A DNA stretch of 62,468 bases, filler included, from Dirinaria sp. TL-2023a (taxonomy: Eukaryota), in the NCBI GenBank assembly GCA_051941275.1. It is 8 parts of 8 records of this genome, joined end to end, with 100 filler letters (N's around TTAATTAATTAA, not from the genome) between each part and the next. Parts side by side here need not be neighbours in the genome. Positions count along the whole stretch, not along the records: positions 31,392 to 39,094 come from JAVEBF010001277.1; positions 39,195 to 46,895 come from JAVEBF010001278.1; positions 46,996 to 54,683 come from JAVEBF010001280.1; 5 more parts are not named here. One strand, given 5' to 3'. The notes beneath the pieces were generated by a model, which was given only the letters and a program-made list of their open reading frames with translations, was not told the DNA's origin and did not search any database. Below, one piece after another: positions 37,621 to 50,740 of this stretch. The translations under genes were made by a program, and so were the position numbers. Position 1 is the stretch's first letter; the number at the start of each line of letters is the position of its first letter.

Positions 37621-39094
37621 CACTGCGTAGCCGCCGTGCAAAAGCAGAAGTGCCCCATGCCAACGTCTTGAGATGAAAGACCCCAGCTTTAGGTCATCTG
37701 ACTCGCATGGATCGACTGGGATGCATGTGTTCAGCAATCTGACCAGCAACAGGTTGTCGAGGCCTTCTTCAATTCCAAAGTTCTGGCGGCGGATATTTGA
37801 TAGATGGCTGCCTTCGTGCGGGGGTAGTTGTCGATGTAGCATATTTCCCAACGTTAACGAAAGGGCCTGCGGAGCATGATATGGTGGCCCTCTCGAGCCA
37901 CATCAGTCGGCAGGACAGCTTACGGAGATGGAAAGGTCCATAAGATCAGTCACGGGGCACTGAATGATACCGCCACGAACGCAGGGCTTCGTCCATCTTC
38001 TTTGTGTTGCTCCAACCCCGGCACGGGAGAAGTTTCCCGTGATGGACGAGGCGGTCAAAAGTTGATTTTGCGTCCTAGCAAAAGCTTCCGGCCAAGTGAC
38101 TAAAGGAGACTATGATGCTTGGCAGGTGGAAAGGCCGTTACACTAGGAGTCTACGAGCACGACCGCTGGATGCAAGCAACCTCGATGTAGTTGTACAACG
38201 AATATATTGGAAGCCAATTTCACTGATTGCTCACGCTCAATCAGTCAGAGGCTGAAGAGTGCCACCACTCAAGGCAGTGTATAATTGGGAGCACAGGTAA
38301 AAACGGTCAATGTGGACAGTCAGGAAGTGCCAAGGTTAGGTAGGGTTGGCAGGAAGACAGATGTGCAAGCAACCAAGCAAGCATTTCCTCTATCGAGGAG
38401 ATATAGGGCTGAGTGCAGGCTAGCAGGGACACCCAAAAGGGATAAGCGCGGGCACTGTCGTGCTGTGCGCCCTTTCAGGGATGATGGCTGTACTTGGCTG
38501 CGCGCAGACAGATACAGACGCTATTACTCACAGCACCTGCGATCAGTCGGACAAAGGAATATGCACAGCACCATCATCACCCTCTCTTGCTACTGTAGTT
38601 GCTACTGCTCTCTTGGAACTACTACTGTACTATTATCAACTAAGGTAACCAACTACATACAGAGTATGGGGAAGGGTATTTTTCGGCAGCCCACTCCGAC
38701 GGGGCCCACGGGGGGACTGCTAAGTGCTAATTTTAGGGGACTTTTTTTGTTTGGGGATCGACGACTATTCGACTATTCGCCCTGTCCGGCTGTCCCTGAC
38801 TTTGCTTCCCTGAGCGCCCCGTCCTACGAAACTAGCCCCCGGACTTTAGGCGGGAACTTTAGCGGTAGGCTGTAGCCCCAACGTCTTATCAATCCGCGCG
38901 CTCACAAATTATTATGCGTGGCCTGTACTCTCTCTATCCTACCCTACCCTACCCTACCTACCTAACCTTACCTTAAGGTACTGTACACCTGCTGCACATT
39001 TGTATAGTACCTGACTCTTCGTTATTTTTTGTGATATGTGAACTGGCCCATTGCGAATTCACCCCTCCACCCACCACTACCACCACCACCACCC

Positions 39095-39194
39095 NNNNNN
39101 NNNNNNNNNNNNNNNNNNNNNNNNNNNNNNNNNNNNNNTTAATTAATTAANNNNNNNNNNNNNNNNNNNNNNNNNNNNNNNNNNNNNNNNNNNN
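39095..39194. other. Artificial contig spacer
   Basis: N44-TTAATTAATTAA-N44. Confidence 0.98.
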
Positions 39195-41225
39195 CTATGT
39201 GGGCGCGAAAGGGGGGGGGGGAGGAGTTGGGGTGCGTTGAGTTCGTTGAGTGAGTGTACAGGTAGGTATGAATTGGATACCTACAGAATGACCCCTTTCG
39301 AAACTGTATTTATGTTTCCCCCCTCACGAATTAAAGTTTTATTTTGGTAATTCGTGGTATGATTTATTTGGTGATGATTGAAGGACGTTGATTATCGAGT
39401 TTGGAAGGAAGAAAAGGAAAAATGAGAGTGGAATTACCATGTTGCGGTATGGAGATATTGGATGGGTGTTTTTCCTACTGGCGAGATCGGTTGGATGGAT
39501 CATGCTGTGGATGTAGATGGGATGTTTTATGAGGATCTTGAATGTGTTGGGGGGCGCTGTATAAGATCTAAGGGGATGTGCTAGGTGCAGGAGATATTTC
39601 AGATCGCCTCGAGGGATATTTTGGGAACAATGAAATGATATGGGAAGGAGTTGGTGGCAAGATGCATTTTCGATACTGTTATTGATGGAGCGTAAGAAAA
39701 TTCCATATGTCCTCCGCAGAGATAGGATAAGAGAATGGTGAGGTGTTGGTATTGTCTTCTACTCTTTCGACGTACGTCAATCTGCGACAAGGCCCTTTAT
39801 CTGTGCTGTGATTGAGCAAGGACTCTGACGTGAGTCGATATTCCATCTGTAGGTAAGGTATCCCTGAACTTGTTGTCGGGGACTTGTTGGCACATCGTTG
39901 CCAGGCGGTACATGGTTTCTGGATTGTGGCGACTTGGTTCGCTCTTGTCATGTTCCATTCCTGCAAAAATTCTCATTGACTGTTACGAGTTGACAATTTG
40001 AAATTGTGAAGGTATTAAACGAGCAGCGTGAAGTCTATTTACTATCAATTCGTCGTGTATTGAAAAGGACTGAAATCTTTTCGCAAGGGCAGTGCCAATA
40101 TGATTTGTAGGAATACTAGTTCAATATCTGGTAAGCATGTATATTCAAGCCCGGTGTATCTAGCCTGGTGGGTCATATACGAATGCTTTAGGTCCTCGCC
40201 ATGCTTCCAAGCTGATAGTGAGAGCTAGTGCTTTCTTTGCTGATAGAGCTCCGCTAAATTTTATGCGTATTGAGCTCCACCCGTTTTTTTGGCGTCTTTC
40301 TACTACAATGTATGCAAGGAGTTTACAGCAGCAGTAGCTGTAGGTGTAAGAACGCCTAATAAGATGCCAGCAGTAGCAGTCTTGCGCCCATGCGAAGGCT
40401 CAAACGCAAAAGGGAGACACAAACAAGAATATCATGGTTGTTGGGGCTGCTCAAGATCCAGGACTTGTCTGTGCAGGAACCACAGTCTAGTAATATTTTA
40501 TGAATGCATAGCCCTTCGCTAGACAGTAGGCATCAAGTTCACAGCAGATGTTTAGCAAGTCCATGTAATTCATTGTTTGGTAGTCGAACCATACCCACGA
40601 GGATAGGTAGCACTGGCTAGAAAAAATTTAAGGAAAGGAATAACGAGAGAGTGTATCATGAGAGCTCAAGAAGAGCTTTATAGTTGAATTATTTCTGAGA
40701 CGATAATAAGGAAGCGATGATGTAAATAACATTCAGAGAGCTCCTCGAGCAAAGAACTATCTGTTAGATCTGAGTTACGGATGTCTATCATGTAGAAACA
40801 AAGCATGGGAGGAGACTTTGTACAACATTCAATAGCTTGTGATGTACAAATGCGCTCAAGTAGATCTTGAGCCTTGATATACCGTAGATCATTAGCTATA
40901 ACTTCACCTTTTGCTGTTGACTAGGCACATGTAGTAATTGAGATTCATTCTTCAGCCTCTCGCCTGTATCTGTCTTCCTAAACCACGCTAATGACGGATG
41001 ACTAATCTAGCATCGGATATTGTGCCGTGCTGCATATTAAACCTAATGGCTCCTCCGGCGCGTCTGTCTGGCCTTTTTTTTCTTGTGCTTCAGGCCGATA
41101 CCATAGGTACTTTTCGTCTTTGTGTTTAGCCATACTCAATTAGAATCTTGTGTCAAGGGAAACGAACCTGTTCGTGAAGGATTGGCACACAGCGATCGAT
41201 ATTGTTCGTAGTGCGAAGAGCCGCA

Positions 41226-43317
41226 ATGGCGTACTCCCAAAGAAGCCCGCATCCATCACAAAGACAAGCGTCAGTGCACTCCAGTGGTTACCAGCATTCG
41301 CCCATGTCAAACCACTTGCGGGGGTCTCGGAGTATATCAAGTCAATCAGGTCAGCCACTCAATGCGCAAAATCCTCAGAACATTTCTGCGAGCGGTAATT
41401 ATTCCGATGATATCCTGCGCCAGTCAGAAGAGCAGCAATCAATATATCGTGATCCTGGAGCTAGCGGAATCAACGAGTACGAGGTGGAGGAGTACAACAT
41501 CTCTAATCCTCGGAAGCGCGTTCACACTGACGGTCCGGAGAACCCGAAAAAGCGTGCCGCTGTTGCTGTAAGCTCAGAAATGACTTCCTCCTCACTTACG
41601 CTTTCCCCATTAACACTACAATATGTCTAACCGACGACAGTGCAACGTCTGCCGCGGGCGTAAGTCGAAATGCGATGGGGCGAAGCCAAGATGCAGATTG
41701 TGCACCGAACTTAATGCAGAATGTATCTATCAAGAGCCTGGAATCAAGCTTGACGCTGGGGATCGGATGATCCTGGAGCGCTTGGACAGAATCGAGGGCT
41801 TTCTTCAGTCAGGCTGGAGTGGACAGCCAAGTGCGACCGGCTCTGTCAACATACCTCCTCAACGAGCAACAACCGCTATTGCTGGTAATGGTGGCATGCC
41901 AGAGGATAGATTCGGAGCACCTCAAAATGGGGGACTCGCAGCCAGGACAGCGGTGATGCTTCCACCCGCCAGGCCTGAAGATCCACTTCCACTCATGCGA
42001 CCCATTTTTGATTGGCCCAAGGTACAAGACCTCATTGCCCAGCCGTACGATCAGCACACGTTGCTGCAATTAGAGCTTGAGAAGGAGTCGTTAGAACTGG
42101 ATGCATCATTGAGCCTCGAGTACAAAAATAACCCGACACTGGTCCAAGCCTACTTCGACAATGTGAATACGTGGTATGCGTGCGTCGATCCCTACGACTG
42201 GAGCCGAATCTACGAGAAAGCGTCCATATCCGAGTACCGCGAAGGTGCAGAAAGTTGCCTTGTCCTCCTTGTCCTTGCACTAGGAGCCGTTAGCTATTCG
42301 CGAAATATATCAAACAGCGTGGCAAATGCCGAGCCTCTAGGCATGCCTTTTTTCTCCGCGGCATGGGGTTTACTATCCACTTTAACAGTTAGCCACGATG
42401 TCATTGCTTCGCAATGTACCATCTTGGCCTCCGTCTACTTCTGCTATTTGGCTAGGCCTCTGGAAGCATGGACTTTACTAAGCTCGACCATACCGAAACT
42501 CCAAGTTTTGATCAGTAAAGCAGCCGCCACTCCCCTTCGCCATGAACTGAGCTCACGCGTCTATTGGGATGCATTGCTGCTGGAAAGCTCGCTGCTGGCG
42601 TCTCTTGATCTCCCGTCATCTCAACTGTCCGAACTGTCGACCATGGTACCGCTTCCAGCGCCATTTGCGCCATCCAATGGCACGCCGCCATCGCATCAAG
42701 ATGACCCTTGGTTACTATCTGCCCTGATATCCTTCGACCGTCTCAGTTACAAGATATCTCATCAGACCACACTTCCCGACGCCACTCACGGACAGATCGC
42801 TTCGTCACTAAACGCTCAGCTTACGGAGTGGTACACAGCGATACCTTTCCATAGTACATCAGTCGTGCCACCACCACGCGCCGATCTTCAGCACCCTGCC
42901 CTAGAATACCTCCGTACTCTGTACTTCCTTGGGCGCATGCGCATCTTTCGCCCATATATCTCTTCCGTCCTGACCGATGAGTCAATTCCAATATCTCCGT
43001 TGTCGATTTGTCGAGATTCTTGCCGTGCGTGCATCGATAGCGCGTTACGCTTTGCAGAGGATCTGCCTGCATGCTTGGCTATCGCGCCGTGGCTCAAGTG
43101 GCAGACTTCACTTGCTGCTGTGGAAGCGGCGTTGCTACTCATGGGTGCGAGCCGAAGTCCAAACCTAAGTCTACTTATCGAATCGTCCGCGCAAGTCGAC
43201 TCAGCTTTGAATGGCGCGATTAGAGAACTTGATGGATTGAGCCCTCAAGCGCCGAGCCTTGCAAGAGCGTTCCAAGTGCTCAAAGAAGCGGAGGGGAGAA
43301 GGAAAGGGCTCAGGTGA
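41226..43317 (+). CDS. Zn(II)2Cys6 transcription factor (exons 41226-41567, 41641-43317)
   Basis: KKRAAVA/CNVCRGRKSKCDGAKPRCRLCTELNAECIY, GIKLDAGDRMILERL, fungal TF middle region. Confidence 0.92.
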
Positions 43318-44065
43318 GAGCATTGATTCCAGCTTGGAGAAGTGGAAATATGACGCTCGTGCTCCAACCTCCGGTCCAAGCGTACAATGCTATCGGTATC
43401 TCTCGAAAATTGTGGAGATTTACGGGCCCAAAATACTCAAAGGAGGCGGGTATTAGGTTTTTCTGTGAAATCGATACGAAAGTGGAATATTGCAACCTGT
43501 GTAAGGCAGGCTCGTCATCACGTTCACCAGCACTTTGCAATCTCGGTCAAGTGTACATTAGCTATCCGTCTTTCTGAATGCATCCAAGCAAGCGGCCGGC
43601 TCCATGGCACTCTTTAGCTAGATGAATAAGCAAAGACATGCTGCTCAGTCACTGGTATTTGATCATTGCTATTTGGTGCAGGCTGACCACGTTGTCGCTG
43701 CTGTGGTGTGTCGGCCCGTGAGCCATTTGCTTTTTCACCAAACGGACCACCTGCAGGACTTGTAGCTCACAGCACAGATTTCCGCCTCTGTCATGTTCGG
43801 CAGGCAGGCAGACAGTAGAGATTGCTTGTCGACGTGCCTGTGTGACGCAGCTCGCGATTTTAGAGGAATTCCCTTGGAATAATTTACAACCCTTTTGCAA
43901 CTGCTTTGGTCCTATCCATCATACTGCAAATGACGGCTTCACAGATTTCTACGATAACCTTCGCGACAACGGGCTTTTTTTTTTCACGGCCTTTCGAATA
44001 TCAAATGGCAAAGAGCGTACTTTGAAAAGAGGTACAAATGAAAGCCTGCATTATGCTCCATAAGC

Positions 44066-44433
44066 TATATATAGAAAATTACCTAGTCAATTGAAGGCAT
44101 TAGTGTTAGGATTTTCAAGGTCAAAAAATGAGCTTCATCGAGGTTTAAACCAGGGTTGTTGCGCCATATCGAATTATCATGGAGGTGCTTGAGAACGATG
44201 TCGAGGATGACCACTGGCAGTGTGTAAGATCGTCAAATAGTGCTTCTAGAATGATATTCTCAATATCGTTTCCAAGCATTTTGGAAGCATTATCAGGTGC
44301 GTTTTGCATGGTGATTCGATATGGAGAAACAACCCTGGTTCAAACCTTGATCAAACTTATTTTTTGATTTCAAAAATAGCAAGATCCATGGAGCCATGTA
44401 TGCACTCGATTGACCGAATTGATTCTTTATATA
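44066..44433. repeat. Degenerate long inverted repeat (fold-back / MITE-like relic)
   Basis: The reverse complement of 44141-44181 (CATGATAATTCGATATGGCGCAACAACCCTGGTTTAAACCT) matches 44307-44347 (CATGGTGATTCGATATGGAGAAACAACCCTGGTTCAAACCT). Similarity extends outward and inward with indels. Confidence 0.7.
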
Positions 44434-45008
44434 CAAATTGAAAATGTGAGGGGGAATTGATCATGGAATACGCAAAAATATATGATTTCTGGCGTTTGAG
44501 ATGGCGCCTACTGGTTGGCATCCGATGATCCAGTAGGACACCTACGGTTAAGGTACGGTTTTCAGCTGAACAGGTCCGATATAAAGTACACGTTTAGGCA
44601 TTACCTTACTGAAAGTGCCCATTTCAGCCCGATTTTGCTTTTGACTTCTAGCGGTTCATCATAACTCCGTCGCCATCATACGTCAATGACTTGCTCAGCA
44701 TTGCTGCAGGTGGGACATCACCAGAACGTTTTTGCGAAGGCCGAAAGGTTCGGTATCACGGAAATGGCAGTAGTCCACTTTATATCATGATCCAACAGAC
44801 ATGCATGGAGTAGAAGAAAATGCCAAACATGTGCGAGCTGTTTGCAATTCTTACCCAAGATACCGAGGGTACCTGTTCGAAAAGGCTCCCTTGCAGGAAG
44901 CCTGCATCCTGGGTCATCAAAGAGCCCCCCTTAGAAGATGAAAATGACAGCTTATGGTGTGCAACACCAAAGCAAACATCTAAAAGCGCCAAGGTGCGTC
45001 CTCTTCGC

Positions 45009-45785
45009 ATGGCTAACCTTTGGAGAGCTCAATTTCGTCGTCTAACTTCTATCCCCCTGCCGAATCGTATTTGGGAGTTCTTCAAAGATAATGAATTCGT
45101 TATCAATCATTACCTATACCCATTCAACCGCAGCATTGGGATTTACACCCAAGGACGCTTGATGAGACCAACCATTTCGGGAAAGCGCGAATTTCAATGG
45201 GAGCAATGCTTCAGAGAAACGAACCAGCATCTTAAAGTTGGGGACGTTGTGAGTGCACTCCCTTGGCCTGCGGTACAACAGCAGTGGGATCAAGATGCAA
45301 AAGAAGGTGGTGCTAAAGCGGCGCATACTGGAGATAATGATCTGAAAAGGGAGCCAAATAGTGTTTGTAAGAGGATAATCGCCATGCCAGGAGATACTGC
45401 GTACTACTATCGAGTCTCGTAAGGAAAGTATAATCAGTACCCTAGAAGGAAAGTGGTGGTACGTTATAATTTCTCTCCCCTCGTATGCATGCGCAGATTG
45501 TTGACGCTACGCTTGCTGTAGTTGGAGCCAGGATTCTGCTGGCTTGTGGGCGATAATCGGCCAGAGTCCGAAGACTCTAGGCATCATGGTCCTATTCCTT
45601 TGGCTAGTATTCGTTTCAAAATACTTTGGCGGTGGGGCCCGGACGGTTTCAACTGGATCGATCACTCGTGGGAAGCAGCAAAGATACATGAGCTCATGCC
45701 GAAGGAAGAGAAGCCAGAAAATGCTGAAGAGAAGAACAGAACGGTAGCTCGGTCATCACCTGCAGTATACGCCACGCTCGCATGA
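45009..45785 (+). pseudogene. IMP1/IMP2-like mitochondrial inner-membrane (S26) peptidase, probably inactivated
   Basis: LKVGDVV, VCKRIIAMPGD, PGFCWLVGDNRPESEDSRHHGPIPLA. The catalytic-Ser motif reads GRLMRPT, and an in-frame TAA at 45420-45422 precedes intron 45459-45521. Confidence 0.7.
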
Positions 45786-46895
45786 CAGTTTAAAAAGGGA
45801 ATACCCGGCTCGCTGAAAATGCCTAGTCCTAGAGCACGTCGGAGAGAAGATCCGGATGATTGACATTAAGACGGAGGACGGACGGAAAACCACCTACCTA
45901 TATGGATCGAGCAGACATATTCGGAGCAACATTCGAAGTCCGCGTCTACAGGTTTGAGCCATGAATCAAGCTGAAAGGACTGAAAGTAATCGTCATTCGT
46001 TCATCGATTGATGAGAGAGTCCCATTGCCCGAAAGCCCTATCCCTTAGTGGCTAAAGGGTATGCCGCAGTGTAAGCGTAGAAGAAGTACCTACTGCACTC
46101 TCTACACGATCGACTCCGCGACCCTCACCATCTACCTCTCGGTGGGCTAGGTCTCTGATTGGGTTGCTTATACCCAATTTCTGAAAGTCGGCATGGGAAG
46201 AGAAGATGCTATTCTGTGCGCCTGCATGCCCGATAGCGGAGGAGCAGCTAGTACACTGAGGAAATGATGCTTGGGGACACCATCTCTCCAGGTCAATTGT
46301 GCTCAGCTGTGACCGCTTTCATGGGATTGAGCCTTCGAGCTCTTCGATCACATGCTTTACGAACCTCCCACACATCGCCCATGAATCACTTCCCCATACT
46401 GGGCATTAGCCATCTGAGCCAAATCGCTGCTAGTAGCCTCCTCTGCCTCGTGCCTCGATTGCTACTAAATCCTTTCTATATGATCTTCACTCCCCATTTT
46501 CTGAGAATAAATCAACCACCAAGCGACCACTGCATGCTGCGCTGTCTAAAAGCAATCAAATGAAGCCGACACTGGAACAGGCACGAAAAAACAATATCGA
46601 ACTGTAAAACCGGGACCGGGTGGACCGGTTCACCACCAAGAATGTGGAAAGTATAAGTTGACGAAAACGGTTAGCTTCCGCAAGATGGCAGTCCTCGGAA
46701 ACGCTAGTGCTCAGAGTAATAGGTAATGGATAACAGATATAGGCAGTGGCCCGGATAGTATACATGGCAGTCCGCAGAATGGCAGTCCGCGGATAGGTAA
46801 ACCGCAGGGCTCCGGGTAATAGTAATATCGGGTATATAGTAACCCACAATTCCTCGCTTTTCTTATAGAAGGGAGGCAATTAATCACACACATAC

Positions 46896-46995
46896 NNNNN
46901 NNNNNNNNNNNNNNNNNNNNNNNNNNNNNNNNNNNNNNNTTAATTAATTAANNNNNNNNNNNNNNNNNNNNNNNNNNNNNNNNNNNNNNNNNNNN
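46896..46995. other. Artificial contig spacer
   Basis: N44-TTAATTAATTAA-N44. Confidence 0.98.
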
Positions 46996-48918
46996 GCTTG
47001 TTGACAGGTGTAGATTGAGGCGGGAGGCGCCGGTTTTGATAGATATGTTCGGGTGTAGGATTGCGCGCCGTATGGGTTCACCTTCAGTCAGTTCGTGATC
47101 CGCCTTTGGTGATGCTGTAGGAGAAGGGCTCGGCGTTGGGAGAGGAGGTGGTTTGTGAGCGTTTTCAGATGCGGCTTGTGATGAGGATTCTTTGGGAGTA
47201 ATAGATCCCTGGGCTGGGACGCAAAGGGTTGTAGTGCTTGGTGCAATGGATGGTGATGTTGCATCAGCTATGTGTTCGACTTTTGGAGGTGGTTCGGATG
47301 AGATTGGGTCCGGCCTCTTCGATTCTAACGATAAAGAATCTTCAAAGCAGATTGGATCATTGGGTATCACTCTTTCAGGCAGCTGCTCCCACTTTAGTAC
47401 AGAAGCGAAGGGTAATTGCTATTCAAAGAACTGGGGGCAGTACCTTGGTGGTGGGAGATAAAGATCTGATCTGGGGGCTCTCGTTTGGGTAGTAAGCCCG
47501 TACTGGCCCCCTATCTAAGGCTACTCCGACCTTGACCTTCAGAATGTCACTGAAATTTCTCAGAAGGACGTCAAAGTCGCGACGACGCATCTCTGGTAGT
47601 AAAATATGCCAGTCTGGTAGAGTCCATTTATGGTAAAGGCGGCCATGAGTCCTAGGAACGTAGTACTGGCCGTGGAGCCTGAAGAAAAGATCGCAAAGAT
47701 AGCATGCACTCTTGCTGGAACAGATTGTCCTTGGTCGTTTCCTCTCCAAATTCAGCTCGTAGAAGAAGAGAAGCTGAATCTCAGCATGCACCTTGACCAA
47801 TCTATGATAATCTGCGGTGGCCTGACGGAACTCCTCAACTATGACTTGGATTGGCTTTCCCAAACATTTCTCTAACAAGGGCTTGAATGATCTCGACTGC
47901 GCAACAGTTCGAGGTCGAAATATGTTTTGAAGAACTGTAAGAGGATGAAGTGCCTGATCTACATTTGAAGGTTGAGAGGGACGTGAGATTGGACATGATT
48001 CAATATTGATGCTCTTGAACATAGGGTACTGCTCGCTTCGAGCGATGCAAACGAGGTCGCAGCAGATCGAATAGTATCGACCGAGCTTTCCCACAGCTTC
48101 AGGGAGGAATGCTTTGAGCTCAGGGTCTAGCGTTTTTGAGGAATTGAGAGCCACTTTAAGCTTCGTACTTGAAGCTAAACTATGCATCTGAGTTATCAAC
48201 TCCATGGCCGCGCCTTGCACTGCGGAAGACGCAGCAGAATGCTCTTGAATGTCTTCAAATTTCAGGAACAAAGCTTTGAGAATCGTTATCTTTGTAAGGA
48301 TATCCGCCAATTCCATAACTGTGATATTCGGACTGGGCTTTATAGATTGGTCTCTGATGGCAGTATCCAACAGCGTAATTAGCACAGACTTGCCCTTGCT
48401 TCGACTAGATTGCTTAGCATGCTTTGATCGTAGCCGGGATAGGATACGGCAATAATCTAAAGTAACTATGCATCGGAAAAGAGCCTTCGTATCGTCATCT
48501 TTACTATTCGCTGGGACATCATCAGTTGACACTATACTTGATCGAATGTAGTGTATGAACCTCTTGAAGCTCCTTGTTCCAAGATCGTTGCCATAAGCTT
48601 GAACCCAAGCACTACCTTATTGACATCACCGTTGTTTGAAGTCAATCGAATCGTACAGCTGCGACCATCACGAGCTTCCTCGAGGCAGACCGCCATGACC
48701 TTAGCCGAGTCATGCGTAGTATCTGACAAGAACGCCAAATTCTCCGAAATCTGCTTTTCATGCTGGAAAGATAGTTGGTATATGCTTGAGAGTACCGAGA
48801 AGTCTTTTGGCTGGTTCTCTTTTGGACATTCGGGATATTCGTTGAGCATGGATAGTAGTGTAATCGCCTCCTTCAAGCTCTTGTGAGGTGTAGTTCTGGA
48901 TATTATGGTGTTCATCAT
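46996..48918 (-). CDS. OTT_1508-like nucleic-acid deaminase (exons 48918-48561, 48510-47444, probably 47382-contig end)
   Basis: VHAEIQLLFFYE..ICSSKSACYLC..F..HG.YYVP.THGRLY.KWTLP (HAE + CxxC Zn deaminase); N-terminal LSFQHEKQISENLAFLS..KVMAVCLEE. Confidence 0.85.
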
Positions 48919-50740
48919 GGCATTGCACGCTTGCGTATTCGAGAATGTCGACTGCAGAAGCCCGTGAAAGTCGGAGACTGGAAATTTTCGAATATCGGAT
49001 CTGGCTCACCACAGCTATTAGTTTTGTCATTGCGCGAAGCCTTCTTTTCCAGATCCTACCAAGATTTGAGATTACTCCAGCGTGACTTTGCGAAGAGCTG
49101 ACTATTTCGGCGGTCAGTCCACCCTCATGAACAATGCACAGTCCGATTGTACTTGCAGCTATTGCCATTTACATCTGGTACGCTTCTGCAGGGCCGATCA
49201 TATCGCAGGCAGATCTTGTCTGTTCGCAGCCGAAGATTGAGCTAGGTTATGTACTCAGACGCTTGGAATTGTTGGGTTTTCCGAACCGTGGACTAAGGTA
49301 TATCAGCAGTTACCGCATCACTGGCCCCTCATCTGATGTTGTACAAATCTTTGCCAAGAAGTCCGTATGATAATGTAATGTATTTTTTTGGCAGAAGCTT
49401 TGAGCAGAGACTGTGGGCACGATGCACATACCTCAAACGCTTCATGTTCTGATATTTAGGCATCAACGCCATAGACTGTGTTCCCCATACTTGCCCTCGT
49501 CCCTCTTCAGTCTACACACCTACTCCACGTCTTTGCACTCATCCTGCGCGGCATACATGCAGGGATCTGTCCGTGAGGACGCTTGTTCTTGGGGCACAGT
49601 AAATAGTCCACCCTCGATCGCGCCACCGTTCGTCCCCTTGTTGCCGTCCTTGCTTCCTAGACTTCGCTACTTCCACGAAATGCTTTCGACAAGTCGAGCG
49701 GTCAAATAAACCTTCTAGCTTGCAAATTGCCCGAGGCTTCGGTAACGGATTGGTTGGGACTTGAAAATTGCTAGTCTTAAGAGTCCGCCACCAGAGACTT
49801 TCGAGATATTCCCAATTCTATTTTCCCTTCCATCACCATCTTTAACATGTTTCTACTTAAAGCAAGTTTTGTGCGAAATAAAAAAGGCATGCAGTTTTAT
49901 TGCGCTTGGTCCTTCAATAGTGCTTGCAAAAGAGGTGTATTCGTGCATGTTAACAAACAGCATTCATTTGGAGGTTGGGGACGCTGGCAAGGGTGCTAGA
50001 CCCATGGTCGTTTCCTTTTGGGTGCCCACTGAAGACCGTGTCGCGCTTCTGAGCGTAGTATTCAATTCAGCGAAGATTTATGGCAAAAAACAAGCACCAG
50101 AACAAAAAGATTCAGTCTAACCATCTTCGACAAGTTGCTCCTATTCGATGCCTGGACTGGGTGAGTCAGTAGATGCCGAGTACTGGTCCGGTGCACTAAA
50201 TCTAGAGGGATCTTCACGCGTGGCAAGAAATAGCTTCGTGCCTTTCCAGAGTTGGACGATTCCATTTGTGCAGGAGAGCGGCGCAACCTCGAAGCACATT
50301 ATTCCGACACCTCTCCAATAAAAGGAAGAGTCCGGGAGAGGGCCCAAAAGGATGCGTATCTAATACCTATAGCTCCGAGGGTTTTGCAGCTAATATATGG
50401 TATTGGAAGGCAAGCTAGGTCCTAGACGGCAGAAACAGGATTTTCCATATGTTGAATGGCAGCAGGGGATCAGTAGTCTCAAATAGAGCATGCTATTATC
50501 ACTCTACACGGCCTGCATCGAGGGGACGCAATGGAAGGAAATGACATGGTGGTTTCGTCCGAGCTTGTAGGAATGAGACTTCCATTGCAACTGATGATAG
50601 CTGAAGTGCCCAGTCCGATCCTTTACGTTCTAGCGGCCTTGCTCGTTTTTGATCTCTTCAAATGTCTGTGACCCCTTTTTGTCACCTGTGCTCATTCGTG
50701 TAGTTCAACCATTCTCAGAGAAGGAAACGTTATCAATTAT

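Noticed and set aside
38668..38970. GC-rich patch and TACCC/TACC repeats near a contig end, as a transposon end or telomere-like tract
   Set aside because: No terminal inverted repeat, coding remnant or TTAGGG array could be established.
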